A stretch of DNA of 64,000 nucleotides from Camelus ferus. Lineage: Eukaryota. Below are positions 1 through 12,276 of the stretch, in pieces. The position numbers were made by a program, and so were the translations under genes. The notes beneath the pieces were generated by a model. The model was not told the DNA's origin, made no database searches, and saw nothing but the letters and a program-made list of their open reading frames with translations. The stretch is taken from positions 2,172,001-2,236,000 of the forward strand of contig NC_045698.1 of NCBI RefSeq assembly GCF_009834535.1, in the 5' to 3' direction. Within the stretch, counting starts at the first letter, position 1, and every line of letters starts with the position of its first letter.

Positions 1-3000
1 ATATGTAAACAGCCAGCCGGACAGACCCCTGCCGTGCAGCAAAATGTCCAAATATTTTTAAGCAGTGGAGAGGAGACTTGCTAGGTGGCTTCCGGTGGCT
101 CTGGGCGTTGATCATCACACTGCGCTTTGAGTCCCTTTCTCCACTTTGTGCCTGCGTCAGGCTGGCACCAAGCGACACGCTGCCCCTGCAGGTGCTTCCC
201 ATCCTCGGCTGTTTCTGCAGGTGTCCCGAAGCACCGGGGGCATGGATGCAGGAAGCACCTGGGCTCTCTGCAGAGGGCAGACAGCGGTGCTGTGTGCCCG
301 AGCGCCCGTGGTCGGGCCGTGCAGGCTGCAGCATGTGCAGTTGCAGGTGCGCCATGTCTCCTGCCTGCCCCGGGGACAGACACAGGACCTTGTCCTGTGT
401 CTCTTTGCAAAAGCAAGTCCGAGTTCCCTGGGAAAGAGTAAGACGAGAGAGGGTGAAGGGAGAGCTGGAAAGCAAGACCCCAGCTGAGGCTGGGGGAGGC
501 GGTGCATTTAGGGGTCGGAGCTGGCACCAGCGGTGCCGGGTGATTAATTAATGCCTCGAGTCCACACCGGCTCCGCACAGGGCCCACAACGCCCCCAAGA
601 GGGGCACGGGGCGGGGGGCGGGGAGACGCAGCTGAGAGAGGACAAACAGGCTGAGAAGGGGGACGGGTTTTAGTAACAAGATAGTTAATTGACCTTATTT
701 TCCCCCCATTTATCACGGTCTGAGTTGAGCATTTCCTGAATAATAAGGAGGAAGTGAAGTCCATCAAGGTAAGTTGCCTAAACGCATGTCCATACCTGTC
801 AATCACGCGCCCACGCAAGGGGACCAAAAGGCAGGAGCACACCACGCCGGGGAAGGTGGCGGCAGGTTAACCAGCCGGGCTGATAAATCACCCGCTTGAT
901 ACGCTCTGTCAGGCTCGGAGGGAAGGTTTTAGGAATTTTGAAAGTGACAACTTGGTTGATACCAAACAATTCTTTCCCCCAAAGTCCTGGTGACATAGAA
1001 TTTTGGAGCTTGCATTTCCCTTTGCAGGGGGCGGGGTGTCTCTTCAGCTTGAGAGGCACTTGGGGTCGTCACTGTTTGTGTTCCCTTTTATATGTTATGT
1101 AAATATTTCACCTTTAACAAGTAGACTTCCCAAAGTAAAGGAATGTGCTGGAATCCTGTGGAGGGTCTTTTGGAAGCCACAAGCGAGCAGAGGAATGTTC
1201 TGGATGGACAACACATGTCTTTCCAAAGGGGTCCTCCTCTCACCCGGGAAGATGTTCTGGCAACACGCATCCGACAGGCAGCTGTTGCTATGGTGCATTT
1301 TTATAACTCCATCTCCCTTTCATCCCCGACGCCACTGAGCAAGACATCCGGGTCTGTTCATGGATTTGACCTCATATCTCTAAATACTTTAAAACTCCTG
1401 GGATAATGTTTATTATTAGCACAAATTAGGGGCAGTAAAATATCTAAAAGAGTCTGGCTAATAAATGAACTGAGCAGCTCATTCGCGGCCAATCATCATG
1501 ACCCCAGAATCACGAAATAGCGAGTCTGCACCTGATGTGTAGCCAGTGCTGCGAATTAACGCAAAGCCGCCCACGGGAGCCTGTTACCCGGAGCTGCTTC
1601 TGTGCTGTGGGCTCTTCCCCCACCGCTCTTCCTACAGCCAGGGCTGAAACCAGCCAGTCTTGCTGAGCGACGTTCAATTTTGGAAAGAAAATTGAAATTA
1701 GTAACTCAATTTTGCAGGATTAGAGTGATCCAAATCCAGAAAGAATTACTTCAAGTGCGTGGAAAACACTTCACAAAATCCACTGCATGGAAACCCTTTT
1801 CAGGGTCCCTTGAAGGACTGACTATTCGCCAAAAATGTCTTCTGAGTAATGCTGCTTGGAGCTGAAGTGTGGAATTTTAACAAGGGTGGATTCCCAAAGC
1901 CGAGAGGCTTGCCACTGGTTCATGCAAGGGGACGCCGTCACTGCAGGCTTCGAGGCAGGGACCGGCTTACCCCCGTCTCTCCGTCAAGGTGCCTGTGGCT
2001 CTGGGCTCTTTGTGATGTGCAGAAGCTCTCCCCGCTTCCCTGTTCTCAGCAGCAGTTAATCCAGGTGAGGAGTCTGAGGCAACTGCTCTCATCACGGTGC
2101 GGGGGCAGGGTGGTCCCTGAATGCTCCTGCTCTCAGAGTGAGACAGAGGTCTCCCCGGAATCCCACACGGGGAGAAACCAGGGTGGTGTCATCTGTGACG
2201 GTCGCTTCTCTCTGCCCCGGGGCGCCCAGGTGGTCAATTCTGCATGACTCTGGGTGTGTCTGTGAGGCTGCTTCGGGGCGAGATGGACATCAGATGGAGT
2301 AAAACAGACCATTGTCCCCCAGTGCGTGGGCCTCGGCCAGTCTGACGGAGGCTGGAGTACAACAAACGGCAGAGTGCAGGAGAGCTCTCTCTCGGCTCCG
2401 CTGTCTGAGCTGAGCCGCCCGTCCTTTCCTGCCTTGGAGCTAGGACTGGGACCACAGCACCCGCTCTCCTGGGCCTGCAGCTTGCAGGTGCCACACCTTA
2501 GGACCTCCCAGCCTCCACATACGTGTGAGCCAATTCCTCATCGTGCCTTTCTCTCGACAGACGGAAAACAGGCAGACAGATGGACAGACAGGCAGACAGC
2601 CGATCTCCCTGACTGACGCACCAGCCTGAGCTCCCGGACAGCCCCTCCAGAGACAGCCCCTCTGTGCAGCATGGGCTCTACGTCGCTGCACAGAGGAGGC
2701 GCTGGCCGAATGTGGCCCCTCTTCTCAACACCGAGGAAGAGACCACATTCCTGCGTCTTGGGGTGAGGGTACAACTTTGCACATCCATTGAAGTCCAGGG
2801 AGCCAACTGGAAAGGGCTTCTGAGCACCGACTGGTTCTTCCTGACGTCTAGAGATGGTTCGGAGACACCAAAACTGTTACACAGCATACTAAAGGTGTCT
2901 CCACAGCTGACCGTCACCTTTGAGCACAGTGCTTTAATTTAGCAGGATTCATTAGCTCAGGGTTTTCTCTGTCAGCTTTATCTTCTCCACATCTTGCCTT

Positions 3001-4814
3001 TTTAGAGAAAGAAACTTACAAATTTCTTTTCATAAATTATTCTAGTTCCTTTAAACGGGAAGAAAACCACTTGTGCCCCTAAAGCCTCGTTCTTGCTTCG
3101 CAGGCTCCATTGCACCCCGTCTGGGGGGGACCAGTCTGTGGCTTCAGCTTTTCATTTTGAGACAGGCAGTGATAACAGCTCTCCCCCTCGTTGGCGACAC
3201 GGTCTCCCGACGCCTCCATGTCGTGTGGACCTGAGGGAGAGGCGGCCTGTCAGAGGAGCCAGAGAGCAAGGAGCCGGGAGGGCTCAGCGGGTGGCGGCGC
3301 CCTCAGTCTCATGACCGCCAGGTGAGACTGGACAGTGGTGCTTTTCTTAATTGGATTCCCACATAAAATGCAAGAGAGGGTGGACAAGTGGTAGGTAGAC
3401 AATGACATTCCCCTCCAGAAGGAACCCAAGCACGTAAACAGCCATCACGTAGGAGGAAGCGCACGTGCATCCTTTTGAAAGAGAAACGCAGTCTGGAGGG
3501 ACGAGGAGACAGCGCGGGGCCAAGGCTGCCATCCTTCCCCGACAGCGGACAGCCCCGCGCTGCAGAGACCGTGAGTTCTTGCATTTTCAGAGCAAATGAA
3601 CTTGACAGATGGCCGTGCCACCCAAACCCCCACCTACCGAGTTGATTATGCAGAAAACAATACAATAGAAAAGAAATCATTACTGCAGGAACCTGGTTAG
3701 TCCGCAGAGGGCCAGAGAATGCAGAACAGAATTACAGCGGGGGGATTGGACAGCAAGAATGCATTTAACATAAAGTGGGTTACAGCCAGGCAATCAGTCA
3801 TGGCTAAACCTATTGTCTGGGCTTGCTTGCATGGTATATGAAGTCATCTGTCATCTTCCGCGGAATTTATGCTTGGCTTATGGGAGAAAACGACAAAGGT
3901 TTGCCAGGACATGGCTTGGTAGCCTTAAGTCGCTCGGTGTGGATGTGCAGAAGCAGAAGGGTGAGCCTCTCTGGAGGCTGCCCCGACCACACCGCTGGGG
4001 CACGCGCATCAGATGCCGAGGGGCGGAGGGTGAAGGACACAGCTTCACTTAGCTCCAACAGAGTGCAAGGTCATCGCCACCAGCGCCAGGCACACAGGAG
4101 TGCTGACTGAGAAGATAGGAGGCCAGAGGTCAGAAGGACTTTACAGAAGTCAGAAAAGAACGCTGCTGCAGGTTCAGAAAGCCTGGCCTGTCCCACTGGC
4201 AACAGTATGTGGTCGCAGGCCCCACTAAAGATTCAAACACCGTCTTCCGTGTGACAGACCGCCGAGAACAACACTGTGGCTTCAGCTTCGCTAGGCGCGC
4301 CAGCCCCGCACGGGAAAGGTGCCACGCGCCAGCCTCCCCACTCTCCCCCTGAACGTCGGTGAGAGCTCGTGCCTGTCTTCCTGTGCGGAGTTTCTCCATC
4401 GAGAAACATCCGTCCCACGGTCGCTGCTCTGCGAGGCCACACGGCCTGAAGGCCCAGCTCAGACTCGACTTCCAGCAGACACCCTGCCGACCGCGCGGTT
4501 TGCACCCCTGCTGTCATGAGACCCCCCTTTTCCCGGCACTGCCTTCGTTTCGGTCCTGAGTCAGCGTTCTGATGGGACCCCGCACTCCCAGGACAAGGGC
4601 TGTGTCATTCCACCCACCTCAGGCGCTGCCACCCGCTGCACACGGCCACCTCTCTGGGTGCAGGTGTGACATGTAGCGATAGGCGTGGTCCTCGCGTCGT
4701 GTCTGTAGAGAGCGCGGCAGCATAGGCAGCAGCTTACGTGCCCTCAGAGCAGGGACACAGCCGCACACGGGTTTTGCAATTTAGTAACTTAGTATAATTT
4801 TAAATATAATTGCA

Positions 4815-5450
4815 CAGTCACACCTGCTTGTGTTGCCTTCATCGGCACTGCATTTTGAAGGTCTGTGGCAACCGCCCATCAAACACGTCTATCGGCACCG
4901 TCATCCGAGCAGCATTTGCTCACTTTGTGTCTCTGTGTCACGTTTTACCAATTCCCGCAACGCGTCAGACGTCCTCACTTGTGGTGCGGTCGTTACGGTG
5001 TCTGCGACCAGTGGTCTGGATGTCACTGCTATGACTCGCTGAAGGCTTGGATGATGGTTAGTGACTTTTTTAGCAGTAGAGTATTTTTTAAAGTTTGATA
5101 TTTACTTTTTAAATTTCTATGTATTTATTTTTAATCTTTTTTTATGTTTATCTAATTTTTTTTTAATGGAGGTACTGGAGCTTGAACCCAGGGCCTCTTA
5201 CATGCTAAGCACGTGCTCTACCCTTGAGCTGTGCCTCCCGCCTCCCAGCAATAGAGTACTTTTAAATTAAAAGGTGTACTTTTTTTTTTTTAGACAGAAT
5301 GCTTTTGTGTTCTTGATGGAAGGCAGCATAGCATAAACTTGGCTTTTATATGCACTGGGAAACCAAAGTTCTGTGTGACTCCCCCCATCGTGATACTTGC
5401 TGTGTCAGGCGGTCTGGAACCCAGTCTGCAATGTCTCCAAGGTCTGCCTG
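4815..5450. mobile_element. Tigger1-derived non-autonomous DNA transposon (TcMar-Tigger, Tigger1a_Art-like), interrupted by a SINE
   Basis: Both Tigger1 termini are recognisable: left cagtcacacct...gaaggtctgtggcaacc...tgctcactttgtgtctctgtgtcac; right ...tatatgcactgggaaaccaaa...ggtctggaacc...caatgtctccaaggtctgcctg. The internal transposase region is absent. Confidence 0.85.
5089..5246 (-). mobile_element. tRNA-derived camelid SINE (Vic-1-like)
   Basis: Reverse complement reads gggaggcacagctcaagggtagagcacgtgcttagcatgtaagaggccctgggttcaagctccagtacctcc (A/B boxes) followed by an A-rich tail. Near-identical TSDs at 5072-5088 and 5247-5263. Confidence 0.85.
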
Positions 5451-6299
5451 TGTAATGGTAATATAATTACATGTAATAGTATCTCTTACAATCTAATATA
5501 TTAAAAACTTAATATAAATAATAATTTGTTGAGTTTAATTAATTAGAAACTTGTTAAAAATTAACCCAGGAATTATTTTGCAACTTTGGAAAGAAAGGAA
5601 ACACTTTTCCAAAGCATTCACTATATGGCATTATCACCACGGCTGCTTCCAGAGACATTTGTAACCAGTGACTTACGTCTTCCTTTTACATTTAGTTGAT
5701 GAAAGATAAAAACTTGGCACTGCTATAACGATGGCTTATTTGTAACTTGTGTCAAAGTAAAGGACAAACACAAAAATGTCTGAGATTATTCTGACTTAAA
5801 AAAATCCACGTTCAGGGTTCCTTCTTCAAGAACCTGCAGGAAATGTGCTTTCCCAGAGTCAAAGCCAATGAGCAGAGGACAGATCCCATTCACCTAAAGT
5901 AGCTCATGAACTCGCCCATGAAGTCGCATTTGCTGGTAATTATGAGGCTCACAACCCTCGGATTCTGTTTACCCTGAATGGAAACGCCGCCCATCCTGGT
6001 GCAGGAGCCACAGCTGCGTCTCCGAAATACACAGTCACCAAGCCATGGGGCCCCAGGGAGCATGCTCGGCCTCCTCCCCTCTACTCCTCTGACAAGATAA
6101 CACATTTGGGTGTCATCGCAGAGCTCGGACCTGAGGGGCTCTTTGGGGACACCACCACCGGGCTGATTTCCAAGGGTTCTGGCTGCTCCTTGGAGCTCCC
6201 TCCACCCCGACTTTCCCGGGCAGGACGGAGGGGCTGGAGGAGCCCAGGGGCACCATGCGGGCATGGCTGAGAGGGAGCTGCATGGGTCTGGGTTCCAAG

Positions 6300-6458
6300 A
6301 CTGTCACGCCTGTTTGCACTTGGGAATGACAGCCCGGCCCACACCTTGACTGTAGCCCAGTGAGGCCCGCTGCGGACGTCTGAACTCCAGACGATACAGT
6401 GAGAGTCGTGTGGTTCATCTGTGGTCATTATTACAGCACCAATAGGAGATAAATACAC
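6300..6458 (+). mobile_element. MaLR LTR 3' fragment (MLT1D-like)
   Basis: cacaccttgactgtagcccagtgaggccc...ctgaactccaga...tgtggtcattattacagcaccaataggagataaataca resembles the MLT1 3' end. Confidence 0.6.
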
Positions 6459-7030
6459 CCCCCAGACCCCTGCGTCCCAGCTCTGCGGACCTCTCAAGGC
6501 CACGCCTCGCTTCTCCAGGGAGCAAACTCACTTCTCGCTGAGACACGTAGAGGTAAGCATCTTAGGAGAAGCAGTAGCTGTAAAGGGGTGAACTTTGAGG
6601 TGAGGCGAACAGCTCTTTGGGGACAGGAAGCCCTCTCTGAAATTCACCTTCACAGCCCTAAAGTGACTGATTGCACAGAAGTGACAAGTGTGAGTGGAGT
6701 GGCGTCTCCTCAGATGTCCCCTGATGGTCTGCCTGTTCTGGGACGGCACTCCCGGACGGTGCCACCCATCACAGAGGCCACAGAGGGATGAAGGGCCACC
6801 TCTGTGATGAAGAAACTGGGAGACTCGGAAACCCAGGAACCATGGGCGGGCCAGCAACACAGAGAGTATCAACCACACATCTCCAGAGAGCCCGGCCCAA
6901 TGGGATAGCGGGATTTTAGAAGTGGGAGGATCTGGGTCATGGCCCTGCATTCAAGTATCTGAGACACATTCTCTTGGACCTGAAGAATAGATGTGCTGTG
7001 GATGTGACCTGCAGCCCAAGGCTCACTTTG

Positions 7031-7111
7031 TCTCACCTGGGTGAGGGCACCCCCGTCTCACCTGGGTGGGGGCGCCCCCATCTCACCTGGGTGAGAGCAC
7101 CCCCGTCTCAC
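7031..7111. repeat. 25-bp minisatellite, ~3.2 copies
   Basis: Units tctcacctgggtgagggcacccccg / tctcacctgggtgggggcgccccca / tctcacctgggtgagagcacccccg / tctcac. Confidence 0.95.
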
Positions 7112-8943
7112 TCCTTACACACCCTGACGGAATCCCTGTCTCTCCCTTGGACTATCGCAGAGTTCGCAGTACCACTGAGGGACAAGCTGAGGGTGGCCCT
7201 TGAGCCCCTGGTTGGAGGGGTCTTGTGGGAAGAAGGACTGGTCTAAAGTGAGGCTTCTTCACCCAAAGAAGAATCTCCCAGAGGAAGTGGGACCCGATGG
7301 CCTGAACCCTTCACGGTGGAGTTGACACAGCCCAGGAGAACGTGCAGCTGAAAGCAACCTCGCACTGGCAGGAAGCAGACAGCCCGCCAAAAGTCTAGCG
7401 TGCGCGTTGTTGTGATTTCAAAACACCTATCTGCAGAGCTCCGGGCTCTTGCCTCAATTTGGAGACACCGCTCTGATTGTATGAGTGAGAATGTCTCCAT
7501 GTAAGTCCGCATCTCGAGCTGTGAAGCGGGGGTCCAGCCATGCCCACAGAGCTGAGATCTAAGCACACAGGGCAGGTGGCTCTGCCCCGGGGGCTCCTGG
7601 GCTCCCTCCTGCCATCCATCCTCCCCGTGGAGACCCCACCTGTGACCCAGAAGGAGGCCTCCTCACTCTCCCCGTGGTGAGTGTGGGGTGAAACCAGGGG
7701 GAGGCGCTGCTTCTCGGCTGGAGCGCAGGTGTTCACACTCGGCCTCCAAAGGTCGATGCCTGAAGTGGGGAGGGAGAAAAGATGGGCCTTAGCAGGGCTC
7801 CCTCCAAGCCACGCCTGCGGTGGGGCTGGCTGTCCAAGAAAAGGGCCAAAGGGCCCTCAGGAGGGAGAGCTGATAACAAACCTTGGGGGAAAAAACGTCT
7901 ACGGCCCAAAGATAAGAATGGTTGTTCTGGACGTGGAGGGCGATGCTGAGCACAGTTAGGGACGTAATAAATGCCTCGTAGGAATAACCAGCCGAGAGCC
8001 TCATGGCTGTTGTTATTTGTTATTTGTTGTTATATGTCTGTTGCTTGTTTCATTTTCTTTAAGATTGCAGCCCAGAAGCAGCCTAGCTCTGAGGTGGGGT
8101 CTCAGAGCTGCTCTCAATGCGGCAATGACAATGACTTACATGTCCCCTGGACCATCCACACGGAAACAGTCAGTGGGACGGGGCTGTGCGTGGCCGCTGG
8201 TCCAAGAAGATGGCACAGGGAGAGCAGCCATAGAAGGAGGAAGGATGCTCAGGGAACCAGCGGTCAGCACAGGGGGCCAGGGCCAGGTCATTCGGACTGG
8301 CACAAAGTCTGCTCCTTATGCCTCTCTGGTCTGAAGCCGCTAGCCTGGCCCTGCCTGTTGACCTGCAACAGTCATTTCAGATGCTCTGGATGGAAAGCTT
8401 CAGACGGTTGGAGCTTTTTGAGATCCGCCTGCCCCCTGACTGAGTAAAGGGGATGTCCACCCGCAGAGCCACGTGGGTGCGGGGGCTTTCTCCTCCAGGC
8501 TGCGCTGCTGTGGGCGGGCCCTGGGCTCCTTCTCCAGGCATTTGCTTCTGCGGCGGCCACCTGTGCTGACTCCAGTTGCTGGAGCAGATTCCTGACAGTG
8601 ACCCCTGGCGATGGCATGCGATGTGTGGATTTACTCTGTTGAAACTGGAAGCACGTTTGTTCCGCTAAGGGCAGTCAGTGTGACGGGGTCCACACGTGGA
8701 GGTCAGCTGAAGTACTAGTTTCCCGTGACTTCCAGACACATCACCGGGAATCTGGAAGCTGGTGTGATGGAAGTGTGTCGTCCGTGCTCCCGAGGCAGAG
8801 GGCCTGGGCTCAGGGAGAAGCCCCACCTTAGCTCCTGCAGCTTCTGGAATTACAGGAGCTCCTTGTCCTGTGGCACCAGAGTCCCACCCTCACCTCCCTC
8901 CCGGTGCCCACTGCCTCTGTCCCCTCCCCTCTTCTCTGCTTCT

Positions 8944-9313
8944 TATATGGGCTGAGCTGTGTCCCCTCAAAATCCTGTTGGTGCTCACTCCTGATGGGAC
9001 TGGATTCGGAGATGGGCCCTTAGGGGGTAATTCGGGTGAAAGGAGGTTATGAGGGTGGGTCTTAATCCAACAGGACTGGTGTCCTTACAGATGAGGACCA
9101 GAGGCCCCCCTCTGCAAGTCCTCCGCCGAGGGAAGGCCCTGTGAGGCGCAGCAAGAAGGCAGCCACCTGGAAGCCAGGAGCCGGGCTCAGCAGGGCCCAG
9201 ACTGGCCAGCACCTTGGCCCTGGACTTGGGGCCTCCAGAACCATGAGAAATGCATTTCTGTTGTTTAAAGCCCCCAGTCTAAGCAATTTATTTTGGCCGC
9301 CCGAGCCAAGACA
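8944..9313 (+). mobile_element. MaLR solo LTR (MLT1A-like)
   Basis: tatgggctgagctgtgtcccc...taatccaacaggactggtgtccttac...gcctccagaaccatgagaaatgcatttctgttgtttaaagcccccagtct...aagaca. Confidence 0.85.
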
Positions 9314-9950
9314 CCAACACTTGTCACTAGCTTTAGAGCCCACCCTAAACCAGGGTGACCTCCTCTCCAGATCTGAACGGGACCTGCAAAGACTCCTTCC
9401 CCAAGTGAGGCCGGTGCCGCAGCTCCGGGGGGCACACCAGCCACTGCACGTGGGAAGAAGATCACTTGGAGAGTGAGATGAAGAGAGCGTCCTCTTTTTC
9501 TCCCCCAGGTGCGGAAGTGAGTGTTTCCTTAGACTAAGAAAATAAATCACAATGTGCTACATTTGTAAAAGTTGAAAACGTTACAAACAATGCACAACTT
9601 AGAAATAACGTTTTTATCAGTTAGCTGCCGGGCACGTGGCTCCAGACTGCCCTCCACGTTTTATAGCTACGTGCTCTTTATGTTCATTATTATCTTTTCC
9701 AATCGCCCTCCTATTTGTACTTCACATTTTAGGCTGTGTAGCCAAGTCCCCTTCAGACTGACGCAATTTTTTTGTTTGTTTTCTGTCCCTCTAACCAAAT
9801 CTTTTGCCGAATCATTTACTCACCGAGCCCTCTGGCTGCAGTTACCCTGCGTGCTAAGAATCCAGATCATGTCTGTGTGATCTGATGGTCAAGCCCACTT
9901 CTACCTGTTGGCGCTCTCAAGTGAGCTGGGACTAAGAACACAGACAGCCC

Positions 9951-10499
9951 CCATAAGTTTGTTTTGTGTGTCTGTGAGTCTGTCTGTTTTGTAAATAAGA
10001 TCATTGGTATCATATTTTAGATTCCACATGTAAGTGATGTCATATGATATTTGCCTTTCTCTATCTTACCTCACTTAGAATGATGATCTCCAGGTCCATC
10101 CATGCTGCTGCAAATGGCATCATTTTATTCTTTTTTATGGCTGAGTAGTATTCCATTGTATAAATACAACACAACTTCTTTATCCAGTCATCTGTTGATG
10201 GACATTTAGGTTGCTTCCATGTCTTGGCTGTTGTAAATAGTGCTGCTGTGAACTAGGGGCACATGTATCTTTTTGAGTTAGAACTTTCTCTGGATATGTG
10301 CCCAGGAGTAGGATTGCTGGATCATATGGTAAGTCTACTTTAAGTTTTTTAAGGAATCTCCATACTGTTGCACCATAATGGCTGCACCAAATTATATTCC
10401 CACCAACAGTGGAGGAAGGTTCCCTTTTCTGCACACCCTCTCCAGCATTTATCATTTGTGGACTTGTTAATGATGGCCGTTCTGATCCGTGTGAGGTAC
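9951..10499 (-). mobile_element. LINE-1 ORF2 C-terminus/3' UTR, inverted segment
   Basis: Antisense L1 sequence (ttagattccacatgtaagtga...tccatccatgctgctgcaaatggc...ttcccaccaacagtggaggaaggttccc). ORF 10180-10554(-) contains ORF2 C-terminal-like [23 protein letters not shown]. Confidence 0.9.
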
Positions 10500-10743
10500 T
10501 TTTACAGGATAGAAACAGACCCACAGACATAGAAAACAAACCTATGGTTACCAAAGGGGAAAGGCACGGGAGGGATAAATTAGGAACTTGGGATTAGAAG
10601 ATACACACCACTGTCTATAAAATAGATGAGCAGCAAGGTCCTACTGTGCAGCACAGGGAACTATATTCAGTGTCGGGTAATAACCTATAAAGAAAAAGCA
10701 TATATATGTACGTGTATAACTGAATCATTATGCTGTGCACACC
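10500..10743 (+). mobile_element. LINE-1 3' UTR, sense segment (cetartiodactyl type)
   Basis: cacagacatagaaaacaaacctatggttaccaaagggg...gcacagggaactatattcag...ataactgaatcattatgctgtgcacacc. Confidence 0.9.
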
Positions 10744-11705
10744 ACACCCTGCCCCATCATCTCCGGGGTCCTTCCCATCACCTCCGGGGCCCCACACAAG
10801 CCCGGCCACAGCCACTGGGCAGGCCAGGGGCGCAATGGTTCAGAGCGAACTATCGACACTCGGAGCACAAACCACCTTAGAGGGTCAGCAGGTCAGTAAC
10901 GCCACCTTTGCATGTTCAGGAAGACGCATCGTTGGTGAGGAGAGGGGGCAGCTCTGTCAGCACAACTTTTTAAAATAGTGACATAAGTATCTATCATTTC
11001 ACTATGTATGAATTTTTTAATATTTCCAATACAGATGATGCTGAATGTGGAATCTCACGAGATATGATTCCACTTAGCCTGGGGGCCTTCTGATTCCTCT
11101 GACTTTTTTTATCAGGTTTCATCAGCTTTATTGGAAAACGGGCTAGGGCCTTATTGGAAGATGGGTGGAAATTTGTCAAACACTTAGCCAGGCTATCGGG
11201 CGAAGCACCCCGCTGCTCAGACACAATTATTGCAGCAGGGGTGCAGGATATTGAGCCCTCTCAGAAGGTCCTCCCCTCGGACAGAGTATAAGGATGAGCA
11301 CAGAGTGAAACTGCTTCTTTACGTATATCGCCACTAACAAGGGAGCACGGGAGGTCGGAATGAAGAAAGACACTACGGTGATGATATGTCGATTTTCAAT
11401 TAATGAAAACTACCGGTATTTTCAAGCTGGATTTAGGGAGCTGGGACAAGGCTGAAGATATTTCCTAAATGAACAAGTGTAAGAGCGAACTTCTTTCCCC
11501 AAAGGGGAGGAGGAGGAGGAGAGATCCAACGGATCACGTGGAAGTTTGGGACCAGACCCCAGCCGAGAGCAGGGTGAGGGGAGGGCCCAGAGAGGGCAGG
11601 GCAGGTCCCAGGGAGCGCCCTTTGATGGTGGGTTTTGGGGACCGGTCACTAGCGTCGGACACCACAGAGAAGTCTCTGCATTCCATCTTTAAGGGGACTT
11701 TTTAG

Positions 11706-11890
11706 AGCCCAGATTCTCTAGCCAGGTCCCTGACCAACGGTATCACAGTTACTTAGGAACTTGCTGGAAATGCAGATCCCAGAGGTCCATGCAGACCCAC
11801 GGGATGCCCGCCTCCAGGGCGGGACTCAGGAGTCGCTTTAACAAACCAGCCAGGGTCCCAGTGTGCAGTCAGTCTGAGAGCCGTGTGCTA
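11706..11890. mobile_element. MER5A-like hAT-Charlie MITE
   Basis: ttaggaacttgctggaaatgcagatccc...tttaacaaaccagccagg...tctgagagcc; length ~185 bp. Confidence 0.6.
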
Positions 11891-12276
11891 AAATGGAACT
11901 TCTCCAGAAGAGTGAAAAGGCAGGCCAGATGGCTGGGGCAAGAGACAGTGTTTAGGGGAAGAAAAATGGCCCAGAAAGTAGACTTTTGGTGTTAAGAAAA
12001 TATTCTTCCAAGACAGAGGGCTTTTGAGAACAAGGAAGTGTGGCTCTGAGAGGGAGCAGTGAAGATGCGAAGGACCAGCAGGGAGCCCCAGGGAAGCTGC
12101 GGGGGGGGGGGGGAGTCCAGGTGAGCGCACCTGTCCTCCTATGAGGACGGAAAAGAGGGGAGAGGGAGGGGTGGGGACACGGGCTGGTTAAGTGGAGAGG
12201 AACAAAACAGTGCCTTCATTGGCTCCCCCAGTACGAGTTTGAGAACAGTCTTCTCAAGATTGAAGCTTCAAGCCGG

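Noticed and set aside
78..845. 157-aa and 254-aa ORFs at the window start
   Set aside because: Non-ATG starts, overlapping on opposite strands, no recognisable protein.
5168..5240. tRNA gene-like A/B boxes (also at 18240-18313)
   Set aside because: These are SINE heads with tails (and TSDs for the first copy), not tRNA genes.
7031..7111. CRISPR-like palindromic repeats
   Set aside because: The units are contiguous with no unique spacers, and the context is mammalian.
11047..11073. 8-bp inverted repeat gtggaatc...gattccac as a possible RNA hairpin
   Set aside because: Too short for a pre-miRNA and expected by chance in 64 kb.
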